From NCBI GenBank assembly GCA_001780285.1, contig MFGN01000005.1, positions 74,200 through 138,199 on the forward strand: a stretch of DNA of 64,000 bases. Direction: 5' to 3'. The notes below the pieces were generated by a model. That model did not search any database and was not told the DNA's origin. It saw nothing but the letters and a program-made list of their open reading frames with translations. Each line of letters opens with the position of its first letter. Position 1 is the stretch's first letter. The position numbers and the translations under genes are program-made. Source of the stretch: Candidatus Falkowbacteria bacterium RIFOXYD12_FULL_34_57 (lineage in GTDB: Bacteria > Patescibacteriota > Patescibacteriia > Patescibacteriales > UBA12075). Positions 52,775 through 61,311 of the stretch are shown in pieces.

Positions 52775-54268
52775 ATGCAGAAAATTAGCTTATCAAAATA
52801 TAAAATTTTTTTATTTTGTTTGATTTTTTTTATTTTGGGGATATTAATAACTTCCTTTTTTAATTTAATGTCTTTTGAATTTATTTTATTTGTTTGCATC
52901 ATTTTATGCTTAATAGGTATTACTTTTTTAAAGAATAAAAAAAATTTAGTAATTTTATTTTTATTTGTTTTATCTTTGTTTTTTGGCATGTGGCGTTATA
53001 TTATAAGCTTACCTATAAACAATATAGATCAGATTCAGTATTATAACGGACAAAATGTTGTTCTTGAGGGAATTATAAATAAAAATCCGGGCAGAGGCAT
53101 AAAAAGCCAACAATTAGAAATTGAAAATATTAATATTAATAATAAAAATATCAATGGTAAGTTATTGGTTGCCACCGATTTGTATCCAAAATTTAATTAT
53201 GGAGACAGGCTTAGGCTTAAGTGTTCACTTGAGGAGCCGAGTGATTTTGAGGGATTTTCTTATCAGAGATATTTGGCTCGATATAATTTATATTCAATTT
53301 GTTTTTATCCGAAGATTGATGCCTTGGAGACTGACCAGGGAAACGTTTTTTATGCCCAAGTTTTCAAAATAAAAAATAAACTGCAGAATATAATTAATCG
53401 AAGCTTGGAAGAACCGGAAGCAGGGCTTCTCTCCGCCATGATTTTGGGAGAGAAAAAAGCAATCAACGAAGATTTGCGCGTGATTTTTTCATGTACGGGA
53501 CTCAGCCATATTATTGCTATTTCCGGAATGCATATTAGCATTCTTTCATTTTTATTGATAATATTTTTGGTTGAGATCGGATTTTCGCGCAAGTGTGCTT
53601 ATTGGGTCGTATTGTTTTTGTTGTTTGTTTATATTGTACTGATCGGCGCGCCAGCGAGTGCTGTTCGCGCCGGATTTATGGGGGCTATGGTCGGCTTTGC
53701 TTTTCTAATCGGTCGGATCGGCAAGGCCATGAATGTTTTACTGTTTACCGCTTTTGTTTTGCTGATGATTAATCCCAAATTATTGCGTGATGATATTGGT
53801 TTTCAGTTGTCGTTTTTGGCGATAAGTGGAATTATTATTTTTTATCCGATAATAGAAAAATATTCTGCGGGGTTTAATTTTTTAAAATATAAGCCCATTC
53901 GCGACATTTTGAATATGACTGTTTGTGCTCAGATTTTAACTTGGCCGTTTATAGTCTATTATTTTTCTTTTTTTTCTATTGTGTCGATTATTTCTAATTT
54001 ATTGGTCTTGTGGGCGCTACCCGCCATAATCGTGTTTTCTATGTTTGCTTTGCTTTTAAGTTGGATTTTGCCGTTTTTTTCTATTTTGTTGTTTGTGCCG
54101 GTATATTTTTTATTAAAATATATAGTAGTGGTGGCTTCGGTTCTGGAAAAGATTCCTTTTGTCTGTCCGAGTTTAAACCAGGTGAATATTTTTTATTTTT
54201 TAAGTTATTATTTTTTGTTACTAATTTTTTATTTAAAAATAAAAAAATCCCGTAAAGGATTTTTTTAA
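52775..54268 (+). CDS. comEC: ComEC/Rec2 DNA-uptake channel protein (DUF4131 plus Competence domain; no fused MBL domain)
   Basis: TGLSHIIAISGMHISILSF competence-domain motif, many TM helices, OB-like N-terminal region. Ends without a beta-lactamase domain. Confidence 0.85.
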   Translation: MQKISLSKYKIFLFCLIFFILGILITSFFNLMSFEFILFVCIILCLIGITFLKNKKNLVILFLFVLSLFFGMWRYIISLPINNIDQIQYYNGQNVVLEGIINKNPGRGIKSQQLEIENININNKNINGKLLVATDLYPKFNYGDRLRLKCSLEEPSDFEGFSYQRYLARYNLYSICFYPKIDALETDQGNVFYAQVFKIKNKLQNIINRSLEEPEAGLLSAMILGEKKAINEDLRVIFSCTGLSHIIAISGMHISILSFLLIIFLVEIGFSRKCAYWVVLFLLFVYIVLIGAPASAVRAGFMGAMVGFAFLIGRIGKAMNVLLFTAFVLLMINPKLLRDDIGFQLSFLAISGIIIFYPIIEKYSAGFNFLKYKPIRDILNMTVCAQILTWPFIVYYFSFFSIVSIISNLLVLWALPAIIVFSMFALLLSWILPFFSILLFVPVYFLLKYIVVVASVLEKIPFVCPSLNQVNIFYFLSYYFLLLIFYLKIKKSRKGFF

Positions 54269-54287
54269 TAATATTCTTAATAAGTTT

Positions 54288-54692
54288 TTATTTTTTTTGA
54301 AATCTTGCCGACAAGTCATTTATAATTTCATCCATATTCTTTGGTTCTGACTTTGTTGTTTCTTGGATTGGAGATGTTTCTTCGGGTGTTGTTTGTTTTT
54401 TATGAATTGGGAGAATATCGTCAATTGTTTCTGTTGGGGGAGTTGGCTTGGAAATAGCTTCTGGTGTATAATTTTTTTCCATTTTTTTAATGTTTTTAAC
54501 TCTTAATTTGGCTAATTCAATTACATGATGAAACAGCTCCGGATTTATTTTTAATTTTTTTAACCTTTCTTCCAGTTGTTCTTGTGATGGTTTATTATTA
54601 TTGCACAAAAACATATCTGCCAATACCTGTGTAGCATTTTTTATTTTATTTTCCGGCCATGGTTTGCTAAAGGTTTTTTCAAAATTCATCAT
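54288..54692 (-). CDS. Hypothetical protein
   Basis: 134 aa ORF with a Pro/Thr-rich middle; no SD, no family recognised. Confidence 0.35.
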   Translation of the reverse strand: MMNFEKTFSKPWPENKIKNATQVLADMFLCNNNKPSQEQLEERLKKLKINPELFHHVIELAKLRVKNIKKMEKNYTPEAISKPTPPTETIDDILPIHKKQTTPEETSPIQETTKSEPKNMDEIINDLSARFQKK

Positions 54693-54854
54693 ACTTTTTG
54701 CAAAAGTTATTAATAGTATTTTTTAATTATAAAATATTTTTAATTTTTTGTCAAGGCAATTGACCTTTTTTATATTTTATGTTAAAAATATAAAAATAAA
54801 CAGATCTTTTATATTATAATTTATTAACCCAACAAAAACAAGGAGTATTAACAA

Positions 54855-55409
54855 ATGGGCGAGTTAAATTTAACTGAAATAATCCAGGATCTTAAGCCGA
54901 TAGAGATTTTGTGCTTGATGCATTATGCAAAAAAAGAAAAAATGTATCTTTGTGATAAACTTGTAGCAATTTTAGCTTGTTTAGATTCAAACAGGCTTAT
55001 TATTCAAAATGAAGACGGAAGCTATGAGCGTACAGCAAAAACCATAATGCCGGATTTGCGCGATTACGAGCAAAAATTTTTAAAAGATATTGAAGAAGAT
55101 TATGAAATTAGCGGAGTGGGTTTAGTTTGTTCTTTGAATTTTTCTAAAGAATTTATAGAAAAAGGATTTTTTGTGAAAAAGTTTATTTTTAAAGTTAAGA
55201 CAGAGAAATTTGAAGAAATTATAAAACGGTTAACCAGATTAAGGGAGCTTTTAAGAAGGGCTATAAAAAACAACAAACTGGCACCTGAGTTGGAAAAATT
55301 TATTTATGCTTTTCCCAGTATTGTTCCGGACAATAATCCATATATAAAATATGCTAATTATCTTATTGAAAAATATACTTTTAGTTATACTTTTATAGTG
55401 GTGGGTTAA
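54855..55409 (+). CDS. Hypothetical protein
   Basis: 184 aa; SD AAGGAG 9 nt upstream; a terminator follows. Confidence 0.5.
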   Translation: MGELNLTEIIQDLKPIEILCLMHYAKKEKMYLCDKLVAILACLDSNRLIIQNEDGSYERTAKTIMPDLRDYEQKFLKDIEEDYEISGVGLVCSLNFSKEFIEKGFFVKKFIFKVKTEKFEEIIKRLTRLRELLRRAIKNNKLAPELEKFIYAFPSIVPDNNPYIKYANYLIEKYTFSYTFIVVG

Positions 55410-55411
55410 AT

Positions 55412-55450
55412 AAAAAAACAAGAGGTAAACTATTTACCTCTTTTTATTTT
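55412..55450. terminator. Bidirectional intrinsic terminator
   Basis: AAAAAAACA-AGAGGTAAA-ctat-TTACCTCT-TTTTATTTTT. Confidence 0.8.
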
Positions 55451-55674
55451 TATTTTTTATTGTCTAAAAACTCTTCCCCAATTTTTTCGCCTCCCTTTTC
55501 TTTTTCCGTGTTTTGAGTTGTTGTTTGCTGTTTATTTTCTTCTGATTTTTTATTTTTGTATTTTTCTTCTAATTCTCTTTGTTCGCGAGCCTTGATTTGA
55601 AATCTTAATTTAAGTAATCCCAATTTTCCTCCTTTTTTGGTGTTAAAAATTTTGAACCATTGTTTATGGCTCAA
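55450..55674 (-). CDS. Hypothetical Lys/Glu-rich small protein
   Basis: 74 aa low-complexity ORF with no SD. Weak call. Confidence 0.3.
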   Translation of the reverse strand: MSHKQWFKIFNTKKGGKLGLLKLRFQIKAREQRELEEKYKNKKSEENKQQTTTQNTEKEKGGEKIGEEFLDNKK

Positions 55675-55807
55675 GAAATAATAATATAGAGTATATAGAA
55701 TTATTATTTTTAGGTCAAGGGGCCTAATTTGTCTTTTTTATTATATATTTTTTTCATAATATTTGTTATAATAAGTTTAAATATATAGCTTTAAGTTTAT
55801 AAATTTT

Positions 55808-57499
55808 ATGACCACCTCTATTTTTATTGACATCAGTGTTATTTTGGGAATTGCTATTGGTATTGCTTTTTTGGTGCAGCTTTTAAAACAGCCGATGATT
55901 ATTTCTTATATTATTACCGGAATTATTTGCGGTCCGGTATTTCTGAATTTGATTAACAGCAATCAGGAATTTTTTGATGTTTTTGCCAATTTCGGCGTGA
56001 TTTTACTTTTATTTTTAGTTGGTTTAAGTTTAAATATCGGTTATTTAAAAAGAATAGGAAAAGTGGCGGCCATAACCGGTATTGGCCAGGTTATTTTTAC
56101 TTCTTTGTTCGGTTTTTTTATTTTGTTTGCGATTGGTTTCGATAAGTATCCAGCTATTTTTTTGGCAATTTCCATCACCTTTTCTTCCACGATCATTATT
56201 ATGAAGCTACTTTCTGATAAGAAAGATTTGCAAACGGTATATGGGCGTTATACAGTGGGGCTTATGTTGGTACAGGATATTATCGCTATTGTGATTATGA
56301 TTATGTTACCGATTTTTCAAAATAGCGATTCGATTTTAGCTACCGTTTTTGTTCTTTTTGTAAAAGTTTTTTTGTTTCTGCTTGCTGTTTATTTGTTGGC
56401 GAACTTGATTTTGCCGGTGATATTGAATAGAGCGGCTAGATCCGGTGAATTTTTGCTGATGTTTACTTTGGCTTGGTGCTTTGCAATTGCCGGATTTGGC
56501 GAGATGGCCGGAATATCACTTGAGGTGGGAGCAATTTTGGCCGGCCTTGCCCTAGGGTCTTCCAGATATCAAATGGAGATCAGTAGCCGTGTTAGACCGA
56601 TTAGGGATTTTTTTATAGCCTTGTTTTTTATTATTTTGGGTTCCGAAATGTATATTGAAAATTTTCAGACAATAATCCTGCCAGGGATTATTCTTTCCAT
56701 TTTTGTATTGGTGGGCAATCCACTAATTCTTTATTTATTATACCGAAGGATGAAATTTACCAGACAAAGCAGTTTTTTGGCAGGACTTACGGCGGCACAG
56801 GTTAGTGAGTTTGGTTTTGTATTTTTGTTTGTGGCCAAGCAATTTGGATTTATAGATGATAATATATTGTCTATTTTTACGGTAGTGGCGCTTATTACGA
56901 TTTTTGTCTCCTCTTATTTAATTACTTACAATACACAAGTTTACGATTTTATTCTTCCATTTTTTCGCATTTTTGGAAGAGATAAATTTCATTCCCCAAA
57001 AGAAGAAAATATTGTTTATGATGTTTTTGTTTTCGGGTATCATCGTTTGGGTTGGAAGATATGCGAGGCCTTAAAAGAGATGAATGTATCTTTTGTGGTT
57101 GTTGATTCTGATCCGCTAGCAACAGATAAATTGGAATCCAGAGGAATACCTTATTATTTTGGCGACGCTATGGATGTGGAATTTTTAAGCGAATTACCTA
57201 TTAATAAGGCCAAATTAATTATTTCTACATTGCCGGGAGCTGATAGTCAAAGCACCCTTATAAAGCATATAAGAATAGAAAACGAAAAAACATTAATTAT
57301 AGCGAATTTATCGCATATCAAGTTTTTGGATGATTTATACGGCGCCGGAGCCGATTATGTAATGATGCCACATTTGATCAGCGGACACTGGATGGCAAAT
57401 ATACTTAAAACACAAAATTGGAATAAAGATACTTTTAGGAAGCTTTACGAAGAACAAAAGGAAGAAATGAGGCTTCGTTTTACCCTGGGACATCATTAG
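55808..57499 (+). CDS. Cation:proton antiporter (CPA2/Kef-type) with C-terminal RCK/TrkA-N domain
   Basis: ~11 TM helices of Na_H_exchanger type (GPVFLNL..., LLFLVGLSLN), then a Rossmann-like VFVFGYHRLGWKICEALKEMNVSFVVVDSDP. Confidence 0.85.
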   Translation: MTTSIFIDISVILGIAIGIAFLVQLLKQPMIISYIITGIICGPVFLNLINSNQEFFDVFANFGVILLLFLVGLSLNIGYLKRIGKVAAITGIGQVIFTSLFGFFILFAIGFDKYPAIFLAISITFSSTIIIMKLLSDKKDLQTVYGRYTVGLMLVQDIIAIVIMIMLPIFQNSDSILATVFVLFVKVFLFLLAVYLLANLILPVILNRAARSGEFLLMFTLAWCFAIAGFGEMAGISLEVGAILAGLALGSSRYQMEISSRVRPIRDFFIALFFIILGSEMYIENFQTIILPGIILSIFVLVGNPLILYLLYRRMKFTRQSSFLAGLTAAQVSEFGFVFLFVAKQFGFIDDNILSIFTVVALITIFVSSYLITYNTQVYDFILPFFRIFGRDKFHSPKEENIVYDVFVFGYHRLGWKICEALKEMNVSFVVVDSDPLATDKLESRGIPYYFGDAMDVEFLSELPINKAKLIISTLPGADSQSTLIKHIRIENEKTLIIANLSHIKFLDDLYGAGADYVMMPHLISGHWMANILKTQNWNKDTFRKLYEEQKEEMRLRFTLGHH

Positions 57500-57531
57500 G
57501 AGAAAAATTCAATTAATTAATATTTAATAAT

Positions 57532-57563
57532 AAAAAATCGACAACTTATTGCCGATTTTTTTA
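57532..57563. terminator. Bidirectional intrinsic terminator
   Basis: AAAAA-ATCGACAA-ctta-TTGCCGAT-TTTTTT (one mismatch in the stem). Confidence 0.65.
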
Positions 57564-57575
57564 TAATGTAATAAT

Positions 57576-58208
57576 TTAATTAATTCCAAGTTGTTTGAGC
57601 CTATCTATAAAATTGGATTGGATGTCATCCGGGTCAATTAATTTTTCTTCGTGATTATTTTTTAGAGGTTGATTGTGGTGTTTAAGGTTGATTTTTGTTT
57701 CATCCGGGTGTTCTATAGGGATAATTCTATTTGTTTTTAGTTTTTTTTCGTGGTCAGAAGGTTGAATGGTTCGTATTTTTGATTTTTGCGGAAAAGATAA
57801 ATCTTCATTGGATATTATGATTGGTGGCACTTTTTTCTTATCCTCATCGCTTATAAATATTCTATCTTTTTTTAATATCCTTTCTTCATTATTTGCGTGT
57901 TCAACAAGGGGTGATTTCGGAGGAGCAACATCTTCCTTTTTAATTTTTTCCCGCTCATCATTTTGGGTGGATTTTCCATTTTCAACTTGTATCTCGGCGT
58001 TTTTTTTCCTTTTTATTTTTGCAGGTAGTTTTTTTTCTATAATAACAAGCTCCTCCTTTTCTTTGATTGCCGGAAGATTGCTATGTTCATGATCGGTGAT
58101 AGCGGGCAACATGCTTTCCGGTGCAAAATTGTTTCCTCTGACAGGGAGGTTGTTTGGAGGGGGAACCTCTTTAGTTCTTATAAATTGTTCTTCATTTATT
58201 CTTTCCAT
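57576..58208 (-). CDS. Hypothetical Lys/Pro/Glu-rich, probably disordered protein
   Basis: 210 aa low-complexity ORF; no family recognised. Confidence 0.35.
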   Translation of the reverse strand: MERINEEQFIRTKEVPPPNNLPVRGNNFAPESMLPAITDHEHSNLPAIKEKEELVIIEKKLPAKIKRKKNAEIQVENGKSTQNDEREKIKKEDVAPPKSPLVEHANNEERILKKDRIFISDEDKKKVPPIIISNEDLSFPQKSKIRTIQPSDHEKKLKTNRIIPIEHPDETKINLKHHNQPLKNNHEEKLIDPDDIQSNFIDRLKQLGIN

Positions 58209-58363
58209 ATATTCATTTTATCATTTGACAGCGATTTTGACAATTGATAATTTTTAAAGCACAATTTAAGTATAAATTTACTTTTTTTAATTTTTGTTCT
58301 TTATAATTTAAATATTTTGTTTAATATTTTTGAGTTAGCCATAGAAAAGAGGGGGATGTAATC

Positions 58364-59521
58364 ATGGATATTACTTTGAAAGATTTAGGGCTTTCAGGCC
58401 AGCCCAATGAAAGTATTTATAAAAATTTAATGAAGTTCAGTAATTTTTTATTAAACACTGTGTTGGCAAATACTTTTGAAATGAGCGGAGAAGAAAATTT
58501 ACGCGAAGATTGTTTTCAAATATTTTTGTGTAATCATCTGTATTATACTGATCCGGTTCTGGCGCAAATGGCCATAGTCTTGGCCAGTCAAAATGATAAC
58601 CCTATTCCAGCTCCGGCTTATAAGACCTATGTAAAACATAAGATTCTGGGGCCAATAATGGTCAGCTTGTTTTCTTTCCCGATCTACGGCAAGGAAGACG
58701 GGTATACGCAAAGAGAAAATTCCCTGCAATATTGCTTTCAGTGTTTTTTGCGCCAACAGAGAATACTTATATTTCCAGAGGGGCAAATTGCGCATGATGG
58801 AGAATTTATTACTGGAAAGTTTGGCGCAGCAGAAATAGCCTGGCGCGCATACCACGCCCTAAACGATATTAAAAGCGGAAACTATAAGGAGAAGATCAAG
58901 ATAATTCCTATGAATATCTCGTATTATCCCACTCCGGGAGTGCCACTTTCCGAAACAGGAAAAATATCCGTACAATTTGGCCGAGCTATTGATGTTAAAG
59001 AGGATTTTATAGACAGGTTTTATTCACCATTTCATCCGTTCAGCGACGAGATAAAGCTAAAAAGAAGCCTGCAGGCCAAGTTAATGAAAAAGGTAACTCA
59101 CGAAATAGGCTTATTAACCACCATTAATATTAATCAGGTAATTTCCTGGATTATTTACGAGCTGGCTCAAAATAAGCATTTAATGATAGATAAATATAAA
59201 TTTGATAATTTACTTTTTGATATCATTGACAGACTCAAAGAAGAAAAGAAAATTCATTTGATTAATCATTTGACAGATTGCGACCTTACTCTCCGCGCCT
59301 ATGATGTTTTTATGGAAAAACTTTTCAGAGAGAATATTATAGCCAGGCACATAACTCGCAGACGGGAAGAGGTTATTGGTTTTAATTTCGATTATATACT
59401 CAAAGAGTATAAATTTGAAGATGTACGGGATAAAAATATTATTTTCTATAATCGAAATTTGATTAATCATTTAGATGATTTCAAAAGAATTTCTCAAAAA
59501 AAAATTAATAAAGAATTATAG
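58364..59521 (+). CDS. Lysophospholipid (PlsC-like) acyltransferase with long C-terminal extension
   Basis: HX4D motif (CNHLYYTDP), FPEGQ, GKFGAAEIA. SD GAGGGGGA upstream. Confidence 0.65.
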   Translation: MDITLKDLGLSGQPNESIYKNLMKFSNFLLNTVLANTFEMSGEENLREDCFQIFLCNHLYYTDPVLAQMAIVLASQNDNPIPAPAYKTYVKHKILGPIMVSLFSFPIYGKEDGYTQRENSLQYCFQCFLRQQRILIFPEGQIAHDGEFITGKFGAAEIAWRAYHALNDIKSGNYKEKIKIIPMNISYYPTPGVPLSETGKISVQFGRAIDVKEDFIDRFYSPFHPFSDEIKLKRSLQAKLMKKVTHEIGLLTTININQVISWIIYELAQNKHLMIDKYKFDNLLFDIIDRLKEEKKIHLINHLTDCDLTLRAYDVFMEKLFRENIIARHITRRREEVIGFNFDYILKEYKFEDVRDKNIIFYNRNLINHLDDFKRISQKKINKEL

Positions 59522-59595
59522 ATTAAACAAAATATTTATCAAAAATAACCTTTCTAAAATTAGAAAGGTTATTATTTTTGTGATATAATATTTTT

Positions 59596-60432
59596 ATGCA
59601 AAAATTACATAAAATATTAATAATTTTTGGAATAGTCCTTATTTTAAGCGGAGTTTTTTACTTTGCTTTTAATAGAGCATTGGCAGATTCAAGCAGTCTG
59701 GAGGTAAGTTTTTTAAATGTGGGGCAGGGAGATGCTATATTGATTGAGACGCCTGAAGGGCAGAATATTTTGATTGACGGAGGACCGGATAAGAAAGTGA
59801 TAGATTGCTTATCAGAAGAGTTTCCTTTTTGGGATCGGACTATTGACCTGATGATTTTGACCCACCCCCACGATGATCATGTCAGGGGACTAATAGATGT
59901 TTTACAAAGATATAATGTGAAGAAAGTTTTATATACTGGAGCAGAGGACGGGGCCGCTGCATATAATGCCTGGAAGAATTTAATCAAAGAGCTGGCAATA
60001 CCCCTGGTAATTATCGACAGACCGCAGATTGTTAACCTGGGAAAGAATTGTTTTTTAGATATTTTGTATCCGCGGACAAGCTTTTTGGGCAAAGAAGAAA
60101 AAAATTTGAATAATACTTCCATAGTCTCTAAGCTAGACTGCCGGGGTAGAAAATTTTTGTTTACGGGAGACGCGGAGGCAGAAGTGGAGAGAGAACTATT
60201 GGAAGAAAAAACGGACTTAAGAGCGGATATTTTAAAAATCGGCCACCATGGATCGAATAATGCCAGTAGTGAATATTTTTTGCAGATCATAAGTCCAAAG
60301 GAAGCCGTGATTCAGGTTGGCGCTGAAAATGATTTCGGCCATCCGACACTGAGGATACTTAGAAGGCTTGAGAAAATGAATATTAGTATTTTTCGGAATG
60401 ATAAAGATGGGACAGTACGATTTGTTTATTAA
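59596..60432 (+). CDS. Stand-alone ComEC-type metallo-beta-lactamase-fold hydrolase with N-terminal membrane anchor
   Basis: VSFLNVGQGDAILIE, ILTHPHDDHVRGL and KIGHHGSNNASS, as in the C-terminal domain of full-length ComEC. Confidence 0.85.
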   Translation: MQKLHKILIIFGIVLILSGVFYFAFNRALADSSSLEVSFLNVGQGDAILIETPEGQNILIDGGPDKKVIDCLSEEFPFWDRTIDLMILTHPHDDHVRGLIDVLQRYNVKKVLYTGAEDGAAAYNAWKNLIKELAIPLVIIDRPQIVNLGKNCFLDILYPRTSFLGKEEKNLNNTSIVSKLDCRGRKFLFTGDAEAEVERELLEEKTDLRADILKIGHHGSNNASSEYFLQIISPKEAVIQVGAENDFGHPTLRILRRLEKMNISIFRNDKDGTVRFVY

Positions 60433-60460
60433 AAAAAAGTTGCATTACACAACTTTTTAT
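60431..60460. terminator. Bidirectional intrinsic terminator
   Basis: AAAAAAAAGTTG-cattaca-CAACTTTTT. Confidence 0.65.
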
Positions 60461-60466
60461 TTGTAA

Positions 60467-60733
60467 TTAAAATATTAATTTTGCTATCCACATCGGTATG
60501 CAAAAATCCGCAGTCACAATAATAGACATTATAAAAAATGCTACATTCCCGCCTGTTCCCGGTAAGAAGGGTACATTTAAACAAATAAAAATAATTATTG
60601 CTATAGCGGTTAATACTGATACGGTGGTAAGAGGAGCTAAAGCCCCTATAATTATTCCCAGTATTGCAATTATTAAACTTACTGCAACAATAATTTTATT
60701 TCTGGATAAAAATTTAATAAATCTATCAAGCAT
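60467..60733 (-). CDS. Hypothetical small membrane protein
   Basis: 88 aa, three hydrophobic helices. Confidence 0.35.
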   Translation of the reverse strand: MLDRFIKFLSRNKIIVAVSLIIAILGIIIGALAPLTTVSVLTAIAIIIFICLNVPFLPGTGGNVAFFIMSIIVTADFCIPMWIAKLIF

Positions 60734-60746
60734 TTTTTCTCCTTAT

Positions 60747-61067
60747 TTATGATTTATGCGCCTTTTTATATTCTGCTAAAGCCATCTTATATCCTACTCG
60801 ATTGCAATAGCATGGATATCTTTTTTCAAATAAACCTTGTTTTTTAAATTTTTCTTTACACACAAGATAGGTTTGATAAGTATCCTCCCCAAAATGAGTT
60901 AATGGTAGCGTGAGTATGATAATAAAAAATAAAAATGCGGTTAAGACTGAAGACCAAGGAGAGGGGCTTGTAAAAATTATTACAAAAAATAAGCACGGTA
61001 GAGCCATGAAGCCCGCCAGAGAAAATTTGTTCCAGTAAATAGCTTTTAATCTTTTTTTATTAATCAT
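60747..61067 (-). CDS. Hypothetical membrane protein
   Basis: Start placed at MINKKRLKAIYWN. Two TM helices, Cys-containing basic tail. Confidence 0.35.
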   Translation of the reverse strand: MINKKRLKAIYWNKFSLAGFMALPCLFFVIIFTSPSPWSSVLTAFLFFIIILTLPLTHFGEDTYQTYLVCKEKFKKQGLFEKRYPCYCNRVGYKMALAEYKKAHKS

Positions 61068-61242
61068 TGTTCCCCCAGATTTATTGTAAAAAAGCATATA
61101 TAATTTATCATACTAATATTTTTTACTAGTTATGTCAATATTGATTTTTTCTTTAAAAAATGGTAGATTATATATAGGTTTTATAGTAAATATAGTTTTA
61201 AGTGATCGAAAATTAAATATAATAATATATTTTGATTAAATA

Positions 61243-61290
61243 GCTTTCGACTTTACAAACTTTATAGACTTGTTACTTGTAAATTTTGTA
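61243..61290. repeat. Word-repeat spacer (TTTCGAC / TTTATAGAC / TTGTTAC units)
   Basis: The reverse complement of 61244-61270 (agtctataaagtttgtaaagtcgaaag) matches the pheT in-frame repeat. cttgttacttgt is shared with 47889-47900. Confidence 0.55.
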
Positions 61291-61311
61291 GTGAGAACGA
61301 AAAAATTTACT

